Positions 18,801-30,800 of a stretch of 33,912 bases of DNA are shown here, one piece after another. The stretch's first letter is position 1. The number at the start of each line of letters is the position of its first letter. The stretch is taken from assembly GCA_043755615.1 (NCBI GenBank), contig JAYUSP010000465.1:1-33912 (forward strand), in the 5' to 3' direction. The notes below the pieces were generated by a model. It had not been told where the DNA came from. It made no database searches and saw only the letters and a program-made list of their open reading frames with translations. This stretch comes from Betaproteobacteria bacterium (GTDB taxonomy: Bacteria > Pseudomonadota > Gammaproteobacteria > Burkholderiales > Burkholderiaceae_C). A program made the position numbers and the translations under genes.

Positions 18801-21800
18801 CCACGACGGTCTCGCTGATGCTGCCGGCCGTGGCCGCACCGACGCGCACCGTCACCGTCCACACGTCGCCGGCAACCGGCGTGCCGCTGAGGTTGAGCGT
18901 CTGCGCCGTGGCCGCGGCGGTGGTGGCCGTCGTGCCCGCCGTGCCGCTGGTGGCGCGGGCCACGTCGACGCTGGTCGTGTAGGCCGCGCCGGCGCTGCCG
19001 ACGAGGGCCAGCACCGTGCCGTCGACGACGGCGCGCAGGCCCAGCGCAGTGTCGGCGTTGACGGCAGCGCCGAAGATCGCGGCGATGCCCGCGGCGGTGC
19101 TGCCGGCGGCGGCGGTCGTGCTGAAGCGGTGGTCGACGCCGCCGATGCGCAGCGTCAGCGTCCAGACGTCGCCGGCGCTGGGGCTGCCGGTCAGGGAGAC
19201 GAGCGTCGACAGCGCGCCGACGGTGTCGATGCGTTGGTCGGCCACGCTCACACGGTAGGTCCCGGCGACGGCCTGCACCGTCAGCAACTGCACTTCGGCA
19301 ATCGTCGGCATGTCGAGGCCGGTGACGGTGTCGCCGGTGACGGTGCCGACGTTGGCGTTGTCGTCGCCGCTGTCGTCCAGCACCAGCACGTCGCCCGGGC
19401 GGACCGTGAAGGTGAAAGTCCGGGCGCCGGTGCCGTCGTCCAGCACCACGCGCCAGGCCTCACCGGCCACCGGCGCGCCGCCGAAGGCGAAGTACACCTG
19501 GTTGGCAGCGGCCACCAGCGTCATCGCGCCGTCACGGCTGCCGCTGACGGGGACGACTGTCGCGGTCGCGGCAAACGCCGAGGCGGCCGTGACACGCAGG
19601 CGGCCGTCGGGCTGAACGACCGCCGTGTACCCGCCGCTGGCACTGATGAGCGCGGCCAGGCCGGCGGCGATCGAGGCCGGTGTGTCCTGGCGGTCGCCGC
19701 CACCGACCACCGTCAGCAGCGCGGCCAGGGAGTCGAGCACGGCCGCGTCGCTGCCGACCTCGATGCGGTCCGGGTCGGCGCCGGTGTCGATGGTCGTCGG
19801 ACCCGCGATCGTCTTGACCACCACGCGGTCGGCGCCCTGGCCGCTGTTGACGAACGTCGCGCCGCGGTGCGTGGACGCCACGGTGAACAGGTCGTTGCCG
19901 TAGCCGAGTTCGATCGACACCAGTTCCAGGTCGGCGTAGGTGATGCCGCCGGCGATCACGCGGCCGCCGATCACGGTGTCGCCGCCCATGCCCAGGCCGG
20001 TCAGCGAGGTCGAGCTCAGCGTGCCGCGGTCGTCCGACGGGCTGTTGCCGTGGAAGACGTTCAGCACGTCGACCTGCGTCTCTTCGCTGACCCGCACGTT
20101 CGGGTTGACCGGTGTGTAGAAGTAGAGGTCCCCAGCCTCGAAGAGACCACCCGTCCGCGTGTCGCCCGTCGGCTTCTTCAGCGAGGCGACGGCGGTCGGG
20201 ACGGTCTGCACCGACGCCACGCCTGCGATGGCGAAGCGCACCGCCTTGGTCTGGTTGGCGATGTCGACGATCTCGAGCTGCGCGCCGTTGCGCACCACCG
20301 CCGTCAGGTTGTCGGTGCCGTCGGCGTTGATGGCGGCGGCGAAAGCGGCCGCGAGCGAGGCCAGCGTGTCGCCGGCCAGCACGACACGCGTGAACTCCAG
20401 CGACACGTCGCCGACATCGATCTGCAGCACCCAGGTCTGGCCGACGACCGGCGTGTCGGCGAAGGGCACCGTCGTCGTCACGTAGGTCGGCCATGGGTCG
20501 GTGAAGGTGACGGTGTAGCCCGAGACCAGAGGCAGGTAGTCGGTGGGCACCACGTCGGCCAGGCCGGTGGTGATCGCCGCGACGCTGGTGCCGCTGGCTT
20601 CGTAGGCGGTGCCGTTCAGCCGCAGCGTCCAGGTCTCGCTGGCCGCGAAGCCGCCCGGCAGCAGCTCGATGGCAGCCGCGGTCCAGCCGACGGCCGTGGT
20701 CAGCAGCGACTGCAGCGGCGTGCCGCCGACGACGAACTTCGCCAGGGCGCTGGCCGCGCCGTTGGCACTGCCGCCCGTCGTCACCGTCGCCGCGATCGCG
20801 AAGTGGGCCGGTGCCGACAGGTTGTCGGGGTTGGGCGTGATGCGGATCCGGCTGTTGCCCAGCAGGTCGACGACGGCCTCGGCCCGATAGGCGACGGCGC
20901 CGGCCTGCCGTGTGCCCGTCAGCGTCGGGGTGAACGCCGTGCTGCTGACGATCTGCAGCGTATTGGCGTTGGCCCGGACCTCGCCGTTGTCGAGCTGCGC
21001 GGCCTGGTCGGTGATGTTCGCGAACAGGGCCGACGGCCCGGCCGCGAGCGCGCTGGCCAGCTTTGCGGCGATGTCGTTGAGCGTGTCGTCGGCGTCGGCC
21101 GTGACGGTGTAGCTGCGGCTCAGCAGGCCGAGCGTCCAGACCTGGCCGGCGAAGACCACGCCGTTGAGCCGCAGCATCGCGTTGCCGTAGCTGGTGGCCG
21201 TGGCCCCCGTCAGTGCGTTGCGCACATCGACCGTCGTAGCCGCGTTGCCGTTGATCGCGGCCGCCAGGCCGCGGGCGATGACGGCCATCGAGCGGAAGCC
21301 CTCGGTCACCTGGTAACGGTACTCGGTGCCGCCGACCGTCAGTCGCCAGACATCGCCGATGTTCGGCTGGCCGGTCAGGCGAACGACCGCCTCCAGCCAG
21401 GTCAGCGCCGCGAGCTCGCCCTGGTCCGGCGTGCCGCTGAAAACGAAGCGGGTGCCGGCGCCGTTGCTTACCGTGGTGCTGCCGTTGTCGATGCTGACCG
21501 CCACCGTGAACGGCGTGTCGTCGGACACCGAGAGGATTTCCTGCGACACCGACTGCACGTCGAGGTACACGCCGTCGGCCTGGCCGTTCAAGAAGGTGAA
21601 GGCGAACAGGAAGTCGTTCATGCGCGGGTCGAAGCCCGGCCGCTCGCCCGTCTGCGAGTTGAAGTGGAAGGCCTCGTCGTCGGTGATCTGGCCGTCGCCC
21701 TGCCCGTCAGTGGTGACGCTGTCGAGGTTGCCGTCGGGCAGCGGGTCGTTGGTCTCGTTCGGCATGCGGAAGGGGTCGTTCAGGAAGCGTTCCTGGCCGA

Positions 21801-24800
21801 CGGTCGGGCCGCCCTGGATGCTCAGCGGGCCGCGGATGCGGTTCACGCGTTCCTCGAAGGACGGGAACACGAGCGCGTCGCCGCCGTCTACGAAGCGGTC
21901 GTCGATGGCCATCACGGTCACGGTCTGCGGCACGTTCCACGAATGGGCGTCCGCCGTGTCGCCGACAAAACGCAGCTGGTGGACGAGGTCGATGCGGCCC
22001 GGGGTCAGCGTCGCGCTGCCGGCCTGGATAGCGACCACCGCGGCCAGCGGACGCACGCTCGCGGTGACCGCGTTGTCGATGGTCAGCGTGCGGCCGCGCA
22101 GCGTCACGTCCAGCGCAGCCGAGGACTGCAGCAGGTTGGCCAGCGCCGCAGCGATCACTGCCGGCGTGTCGCCGAAGGTGACGGTGTAGGTCGCCGTCGC
22201 CACCTGCACCGGCGTGGCGCTGCTGGCGTCGTTGACCGTCAGCGTCCAGACCTCGCCCACCCGCGGCTCGCCGTAGAGCTCGACTGTTAGGTAGTCGAAC
22301 TCGCCGTCGCGGCGCCAGGGCTCGACCTCGTAGCGGCCGGCCGTGTCCGGGGTGACCGCGGTGCCGACGAAGAACGCACGCCCCCCCTTCAGCGTGATCT
22401 GCTGCCTGGCGGCGTCGACCTCCAGCGTGTAGTCCTGGCCGACGGCGTTGGCAGTGACCAGCGCATCCAGGCGCGACTGCAGCGCGGTGCGTACGGTGTC
22501 CAGCGTCGCGCCTGCGTCGACCGTGTAGCGCAGCACGGCCCAGCCGCTGCCGTTGTAGTTCGTCACCGTGCCGTTGGCCAGCGCCGTCACCGACAGGCCG
22601 CGGTGGCTGCCGTTGAGGTTGCCGTCGTCCGCCAAATCGGCGCGCACGTCGTCGAAGAGCGATTCCATCGACAGCCGCAGTTCGCCGACCACGCCTACGA
22701 CGACCAGCCAGGTGTCGCCGGTGCGCACGCTGCCACCGAGCGTCAGCTGCGCGCGGTCGGTGGCGACGTGCACTTGCACCTCCTTGGCCTCGCCGAAGCC
22801 CAGCGCGGGGTTGAAGGCCTGGTCGCTGTCGTAGGTGCGGGTCTTGATCGGCAGCACGTCGATGACCAGCTCAGAGCCAGTGCCGGTCAGCGGCGCGGTC
22901 AGCACGACCTCGTAGCGGTCGGTCAGCGGTGCCGACGTGAAGTAGCCCGCGATCGCCGAGGCCCGCGTCGTGATCTCGTAGCGGCTGCTGGCGGTCGGCG
23001 CGCCCGTCCACGCATTGACCGAGTCGAGCGTGAACTGCTTCGTCTCGGGGTTGTAGTCCACGATGCGCCCGGTCTGGCCCTTGCCGCTGCCGTCGACGAT
23101 GGTCAGCGTGTTGCCTTCCAGCGTGAGTTGGTTCTGGTTCGTGACGTGGCGCGGCAGTGAGACGTTCAGCTCGTAGCCGATGCCCGGGTACACGCCGCCT
23201 ATGTCGAACTCGTAGCCCGGCAGGAAGGTGTACTTCACCGCCGACGTGACGCGCACGAAGTAGGTGCCGGCGCCGAAGCCCGAATCGCCGCCGAAGGTGA
23301 ACTGCAGGAAGGGCTCGAAGTAGCCGTTGAGCTCGCTGCCGGCATCCACCGCGTCGGGCACGCCGTCGCCGGTGCGGTCGGGGTTGTAGCCGGCCGTGGC
23401 GATGACCTGGCCGCTGGCATTCAGCAGTTCGAGCCGCGGGTACATCACGTAATCGATGGTCCGGACGAGCGTAGCGCGGTCGATGTCGAAGACGGCCTTG
23501 ATCGAGCCGCCGCGGGCGCCCGCAATCGTGAACGGATCGTGCTGCGCGGTGGGCGTGGGCGCGCCGCTGCCGTCGTCGATGCGGATCGAGACGCTGCCAC
23601 CCGTCACCTTGCCCTGGGCGGTGGTGAGCGTCACCAGCACGGTGGCGTTCAGCTCCGGGTGGTCGGCCTCGATGGCGGCCGCCAGCCCGTTGGCGATGGT
23701 CTGCAGGTTGCGGTTGCCCTCCGTGACGACGACCCGGCCGTTGGCGTCGTAGACCGACGGGACGGTGTATGACGACACCTTGCCGTCGACGGTGAGCGAC
23801 CAGCGCTCGCCGGACACCCAGCCGCCGAAGTAGTCGCTGCCCAGGTCGAAGACGGCCGTCTGGTAATGCTCGCCGGCGGTGTACGGCGTCGACGGCACGG
23901 CGCTGGTCGCGGCCGTCGCACGCTCCTGCGCCACCGGGGCGATGGCCAGCACGCCACCGCCGCTGCTGCGCACCAGCAGACGGGTGCCGGTGCTGTCGGC
24001 CGAGGCGCTGATGCCGGACAGCTCCGACAACTCGGCCGCGATGCTGGCCAGCGTCGCCGCGAGCGCGGTCGTCGCGACCCTGGCCCGGGCCGTCTCGCTG
24101 CCCACCGTGACGATCCACACGTCGTTGGCCAGGTAGGCCGAGGGGCCGGCGCCGGCGCTGTCGAGCGCGATCGACTGGAACCACACGGCCTTCGGCGTGC
24201 CCGTGGCCGACGCCGTGCCCGCGACCTGCGGTGCCGCCGGGGCTGAGACGGCGAGTTCACCCGAGGCGAAGGCCGCGCGGTCGTGGCGGAAGACGAAGAG
24301 GTCGCTGGCGCCGGTGACGTGCACCGCCGCGTAGGTGGCCGCGGTGATGTTGGCGGCCAGGCCAGCGGCGACACCGGCGTCGTCCAGGGCGGCCGTGTCG
24401 GCGGAGACCGTCAGCGCCGAGGCAACGCTGACCTGCCAGGTTTCGCCTTCGCGGGCACCGGCCGTGCCGGTGTCGACGACCAGGCGGCGCACGTCGACGG
24501 TGGCCCGCGTCACATCGAGGTCTGCGTCGCTGTTGGAGGCGGCGGTGTCCACCGCCAGCGTCGGCACGGCGCTGGCATTGCCGCTGACGCGCAGCACGAC
24601 GACGTAGCGTCCGCCTTCCACCACCGCGCGGTAGTTCACCTTCGGGCCGCTGGTGGCGGCGCCGTCGTTGATGGCCTTGGCGATGGCGTCGGCCATCTCG
24701 GCTGTCGAGTCGATAGTCGTCGCCGTGGCGGTGACGTTGTAGCTGACGGCGCTTTCCAGCGTGAGCTTCCAGACGTCGTTGACGGTGACCGTGCGGCTGT

Positions 24801-27800
24801 TGACGTCGAAGGCCCAGCCGGCGACGCTGCTGGCGGTGACGCTGCCGTCGGCGGTGGCGCGCGTGATACCGAAGTTCACCGCCGCGCCGCCCGCCAGCTT
24901 GGACGCCGGAATGCGCACCACCGACGAGCCGCTGTTGGCCGCCAGCCCGAGGTCACTGCGGAAGTCGTCGCCGATCGCGCCGGTGCCGGTGTTGAAGGCC
25001 GGCACGACGTAGCTGGCAGCCAACGCGGTGCCGACGATGGACAGCGTCCAGGTCTCGCCCTGGAAGATGCTGCCGCCGAGCGTGACCTCGACCTCGGTCC
25101 ACAGCACCGCTTCGACGGCCGCCGACAGCGTGCCGGTGCCCGACTGCGCGGCCGGCGTGCCGCGCACGGTCAGCGGTGCGTCGGACGGGCTGGTGCTGCC
25201 GGCGTTGGCGTCGATTTCCAGGCGGATGCGGCCGCTCACGGTCAGCGTGCTGCCGCTGGCGGCCGAGAGGGTGCCGGCGTCGTCCAGCGCCGCGGCCATT
25301 GCAGTCGTCGACGTGGACGTGGCGGTGGTCGTGCGGACGAGCGTGTCGTTGAGATACAAGCGCCAGGTGTCGCCCGTGCGCACCGAGGCGATCGTGAGGG
25401 TGGCCGAGGCGAAGTCGACGGCGGTGCCCAGGGCGCTGCTGCCGCCCAGGGTGCCGAGGTCGTAGGCCGGCTGGTACAGGGTCGTGATCGTCGCGGCGGA
25501 CTTCACCTGCTGCACGACACCCGGCGTGGTGCCCGGCGGCGGCGAGTCGTTGTCACCCGCGGTGATCGTCACCGGCTGGCCGACGAGGTTGAAGCCGCGC
25601 GCGTCGGCGAAGTTCAGCACCGCGCCGCTGCCATCAGGGACAACGCTGCCCGACACGCCCGACACCCACTGGTTGCTCGTGGCGTAGCGCGGGCTGGCCT
25701 TCAGCTTGCCAAGCAGTTGGTCCGCCACATAGGCCAGGTGGCGGGCGTTGTCGAAACCGGCCGCGACGTTCTGGTCGTAGGACGTGGCGTCGTAGGTGTA
25801 GCTGTAGTTCACGTAGCGCAGGCCCAGCGACCAGACGTCGCCCGAGCGCACCTGGCCCTGCAGCCGCAGCGATACGGCCGTGAAGAAGTCGGACCCGTCC
25901 TCGGTGGAGCCTGCACTGTTCACGCCACCGGCGTTGGCGCTGAGCATCGCCGGCGAGACGACGAAGCGGTAGATGTCGTAGCTGCCGTCGCCCGCGCCCT
26001 GCACGCGGGCGTATGGCTGTGACGAATCGACCGAGCCGCCATAGAGCCTGTTGCCGATGGTCGGGTCGAAGAAGGTGAAGAAGTTCGTGCCGTCGGTGCC
26101 GTCGCCGTCCAGCGGCTGGCCGGTGGAGGCGTTGTTCGCCAGTTCGCTCTCGGCCAACGGCTGCGTCGCGAACAGGAAGGTGTTCTCGTCGTGCCGCTGC
26201 AGCGACACGTGGAGCTGGTAGTCGGCCCCGGTCGGCACGACGCCCGCGTTCGGGTACCACGAGGTGACCTCGACGTAGTAGGTGCCCTCCTCGTTGAAGA
26301 CGAACTCCAGGTAGTCGTCCCAGAACAGCGTGCTGCCGGGGTCGCGGTCGAAGGAGAAGCCGGTGCCCTGGGCAATCAGTGTCGGCAGCCGCGGCTGGTT
26401 CGGGTCGGCCGGGTCGGTCAGCTTGTAGAGCTTCAGCAGGCTGGCCCAGACCAGCGGGTCGTTGAGGTCGAAGCCATGGTCGATGTCGAACACCGCGCGC
26501 ACGCCGCCGGCGGCCAGCATCGCCTCGGTGATCTCGAACTTGTAGAAATCGGTCGTGTCGTCCCCGGTGCCGAGCACCGTCACGTGCGGCAGCACGGTGG
26601 CGTCGGTGACGTTCGGGTCGCTGTTGCGGTTCCACTTCGCCTGGTCGAGGTCGATCGCCAGGAACACCGAGTCGTGGATGCCCTGCTCGACGAAGACAGC
26701 CTGGCCGAAGTCGCCGATCAGGCCCACGAGGTTGTTGGCCGGCGTCGCCGGGTCGACCAGTTTGTAGGCCACGGTGAACGCGGCCGTATCGCTCAGCAGG
26801 ATCGAGCCGGCGTCTACCGCGTTCGCGTCGACGCTGGCCGACACCACGCCGGCCGTGTTGACGAGTTGCGCGAGCTTGGCCGCGATGATCGCCAGCGAGT
26901 CCTGGTTGGTCCGCGAGGACCCGGGCGTGGACGACTGCAGCGGCGCCTCGGACGCCGTGACGGTGAAGGTGTACGGCGTGCCGCTGAGGATCAGCCCCCA
27001 CGTCTGGCCGACGGCGACCGTGCCACGCAGCTCCAGCACGGTGCTGCTGGGTTGGCTGACGTAGCCGGTGCCGATGAGGATCGTCTCGGTGGGCTCGATG
27101 AGCTGGGTGCCGGTGCCGCTGGGGGTGACCAGGATGCCGGGCGCGTCGTTGTCGATGATCTGGATGTCCAGCGCATCGGGGATGGTCACGTCGCGGTTGG
27201 CGCCGACGGTGTAGGCGAAGCCGGTGCGCTGCGCGGCACTCGGCGGCGCGGCGTCCACGTCCTGCCCCAACACCAGCGTCCAGGTCGCGCCGGCCGCGAA
27301 GACAGCGCTCTCGGCCAGCACCAGCGACAGCCGGCTCCAGTGCGTCGTGCTGAACACGCTGCCTTGCGCGGCCGAGCCGAAGCTGCCGCTGGCAGCGAAG
27401 ATGGCCGCCGGGTTGTCGGCCCGCAGCGAGACGGCGGTGAACGGCCCGCCGTCGCGGCGCTCGATCGACAGCGTGCCGCCGACCTGCTGGCCGACGATCG
27501 TGCCCACGCCGACCGCCGTGGCGATGTCGCTGTGGAACTCGAAGGCGATGTTGAAGGGCTGGTTGCTGCCGACGCCGGCGATTTCGACGACCGCGTCGAC
27601 CTCGTCCACGGCGACGTTGTAGCCGGCAGCGGCCAGCCGCTGTTCCAGCCCCTTGGCGACCTTGGCCAGCGTGTCGCCGACCGCTGTCGTGTACGCATAG
27701 GCCACGCCGTTGAGCTTCAGCGTCCAGACCTCGCCCGACGCGACGGTGGTGACACCCTCGCCGACGCTGAGCGTGACGGTGGCGGCGCCGTAGCGGGCGA

Positions 27801-30800
27801 AGTAGGTGCCGCCGGCGTTGATGCGTGCGGCCAGCTTGGTGGCCAGCGACTCGGGCGTCTCGCCACTGTCGCCGGTGACGGTGTAGCGGGTGCCATCGAG
27901 TTCCACGGCCCACTGGACGCCGAGCGTCGTCACCGGCAGCACGGGCGTCAGCGTGGCCACCACGTAGGCGCGCTGGCTGTTCGCCAGGTCGGGCTGCGGC
28001 GGCAGGGTCGGCACGCCGGTGATCGTCGCCGTGCCGTCACGGTTGTCGCCGCCCGTGACCGCGAAGCGCACGCTGAAGAGCACATTGCCCGTCACCGGCG
28101 CCGACAGCGCGACCGCCGCAGCCGACCCGCCGACCGTCAGGCCCGTGGCCGCCAGCCGCGTGCGCAGCGCCGACGCCACGTTGGCCAGCGTCTGGCCGGC
28201 CGTCACCGTGTGGGCGTAGGACGCGCCGTTGACGACGACGATCCAGTTCTCGCCGGCGTGTGGCGTGCCGGCAAGCGCCAACGTCGCCGAGGTGTAGGGC
28301 GTGCTGAAGCCGTACTCGAAAGCCGGGCCGGCGATGGTCAGACGGTCGTTGGCCGCGTCGTAGCTGGCGGTCGCGGACTGGTCGAGGTCGGCATTGACCT
28401 TGTCGGCCAGGCCGTCGCCCACACCGTCACGCGTGCCACCGAGGAAGGCGTTGATCGAGCTCGCCGCGATCGTGTGGCGCACGCGGCTGAAGTGCGTGGC
28501 CTCGCGCACGCTGTCGTCACGGGCATCGACGAAGACGCGCCGCGGCTGCCACCAGTCGGCGGTGGCGAAATCGACGCTGGTGATCGCGGCGCCGGTAGCG
28601 CTGCCGCGCAGGAAGGCCTCGCTGTCGGGCTGGCCGTCGGCGCCCACGGTCTGCAGGCCGACCGTCACCGCAGCCGTCGGCGACTTGGTCAGCAGCAGCA
28701 CGTAGCTGTCGCCGCGCAGCGCCAGGGTCGCATTGGGGTCTTCCGCCACCACCACGCTGCCGGTGTCGCGCTCGGGCAGGACGATCAGTTGCGCCACGTC
28801 ATCGTCGATGACGTCGACGCTCAGGCCCGTGACCGCCAGCCCGTCGTAGGCGCCGCCGTCGGCCGCACTGCCGCCTTGCACCACGGTGTGCTGAATCGCG
28901 ATGGCGCGCCGGCCTTCGGCCAGCGTGTCGTCGAGCGCCGTGACGTAGACCGTCTGCGGGACGTACCAGTTGTCGCGCGTGAAGAGCAGCGTCAGCCCGT
29001 TGGCACTGGGCGTGCCCGTCGCGGTCGAGGCGAGGCCGACGCCCAGGCCACCGGCGGCGGCGTCGGTTTCGCGCAGCGCCGAAGCGGTTGCCGTGATCTG
29101 CACCGACTCTTCCGGTGCGCGTGACAGCACCACGGTGTAGCGCCGCACGGTGAACAGGCTGTAGTCGTGCAGCACGCTCTCGAACACGCGCAGCGCGCCG
29201 TCCGGCAGGCTGATGACGACGCCGGCCTCGTCGTTGTCGGCGATCTCGGTGCCCACCGCGGTCAGCCACGCGTTCAGGAACAGCGGGTCGTTGCGCGAGA
29301 TCTGCTGCAGGATGAGGCCGCTGTGGCCGGTCAGGTCGTTGCTGACCACCGTGACCGGCAGGCCGTTGCTGCCGCCGACGTTGAAGGTGTCGCTGCCCAG
29401 GCCGCCGACGACTTCGAGCGCGACGCGCTCGCTGGTGCTCTGGATGAAGAAGCGGTCGTTGCCTTCCAGCGCGTCGACGATGATCTTCTCGAGCCCCTGG
29501 TAGGTGACGAACAGCCCGGCGCCGTAAACGCCCTGGTCGGTGACGACGAAGTCGTCGCCGAACTCGGTGCCGATGACGGTCAGCGTGTCGAAACCGTCGC
29601 CGCCGTCGATGCGCACCGGCGCGTTGACGTTAAAGGCGATGAAGTCGGCGCCCTGCCCGCCGTTGATGTTCGTGTACGGCGCCTTCGGGTCGCTCGGGTC
29701 GACACGCACGAACGCGCGCACGGTGAAGGTGTCGTCGTCCTCGTCGCCGTTGAGAAACAGCTCCGCCTTGTTGCTGTAGACGGTGAAGTTGTCGTTGCCC
29801 GCGCCGCCGTTCAGGGTGGCGGGCTCGCTGATGCCGTTGCTCAGGAAACCGCGGGTCACCTGCGTGGTCTGGAACCAATCATCTTCCTGCGTCAGGCCGT
29901 TCAGCGGGTTGGTCTCGTCGCGCGCCGACGCGAAGACCTGGCCGACCTGGAAAGTGTCGTTGCCGGCGTCGCCGAACACCTGCAGGCGGCCCAGCGTGTC
30001 GTCGAGCACGAAGGTGTCGTTGCCGGCGCGGCCGCGGACGCGGATGTCGTCGATGTCGCCGTCGTAGTTCACGCGCTCAAGGCTGCCGTTGACCACCGGC
30101 TGCCGGTCGTCGTCGACCTGCACCGCCGCAACCATTGCGTGGCCGGTGTTCTTGTTGGCGCGGAAGAGGAAGAAGTCCGCCTCGTTGGTCCCCAGCACCT
30201 CCAGCGTGTTGACGCCAGCGTCGCCGCCCGACTGGTCGTAGACGTTGATGACGGCCGAAGCCGTGCCGGCCAGGCCGATGAAGTAGCTGTCGCTTCCGGC
30301 CTCGCCCACCAGGCTCAGGGTGCTGGTGACGCCGTTGCGCGAGGTCTGGCGGCCCTGCTCGTCGTAGTTCACGCGGAACACGTCGTTGCCGCTGCCGCCC
30401 TCGATGACCGTCGGGCCGGCGATGGTGTCGATGTTGACGACGTCGTGCACCGCGTTGGGCACGATGACGCCGACGGATTCGTCGCCGAGGTCGATGCGCG
30501 TCGTGCCGCCGTGCGTGCCGGCGATGTAGAGCTCGTTGTTCGCGTCGCCCAGGCGCAGATCGAGCTGCTCGAAGCCGACGTAGCCGAGGCCCCCGATCAT
30601 GCCCAGGCCCAGGATCTCGGCGGCCGCCAGCGTGCCGCGCTCACCCTGCACCGTGTCGGCGTTGTCGAGCACGACAAGCTGGTCGTCAGCACCGCCCTGG
30701 TCGCCCAGGCTGACGCGTGCGCGGAACAGCGAGGTGCTGCCGGCGTTGAGCACGCTGGTCGACGGTACGAAGACGTTGCCGGCCGTCTGGATCACGTGGT

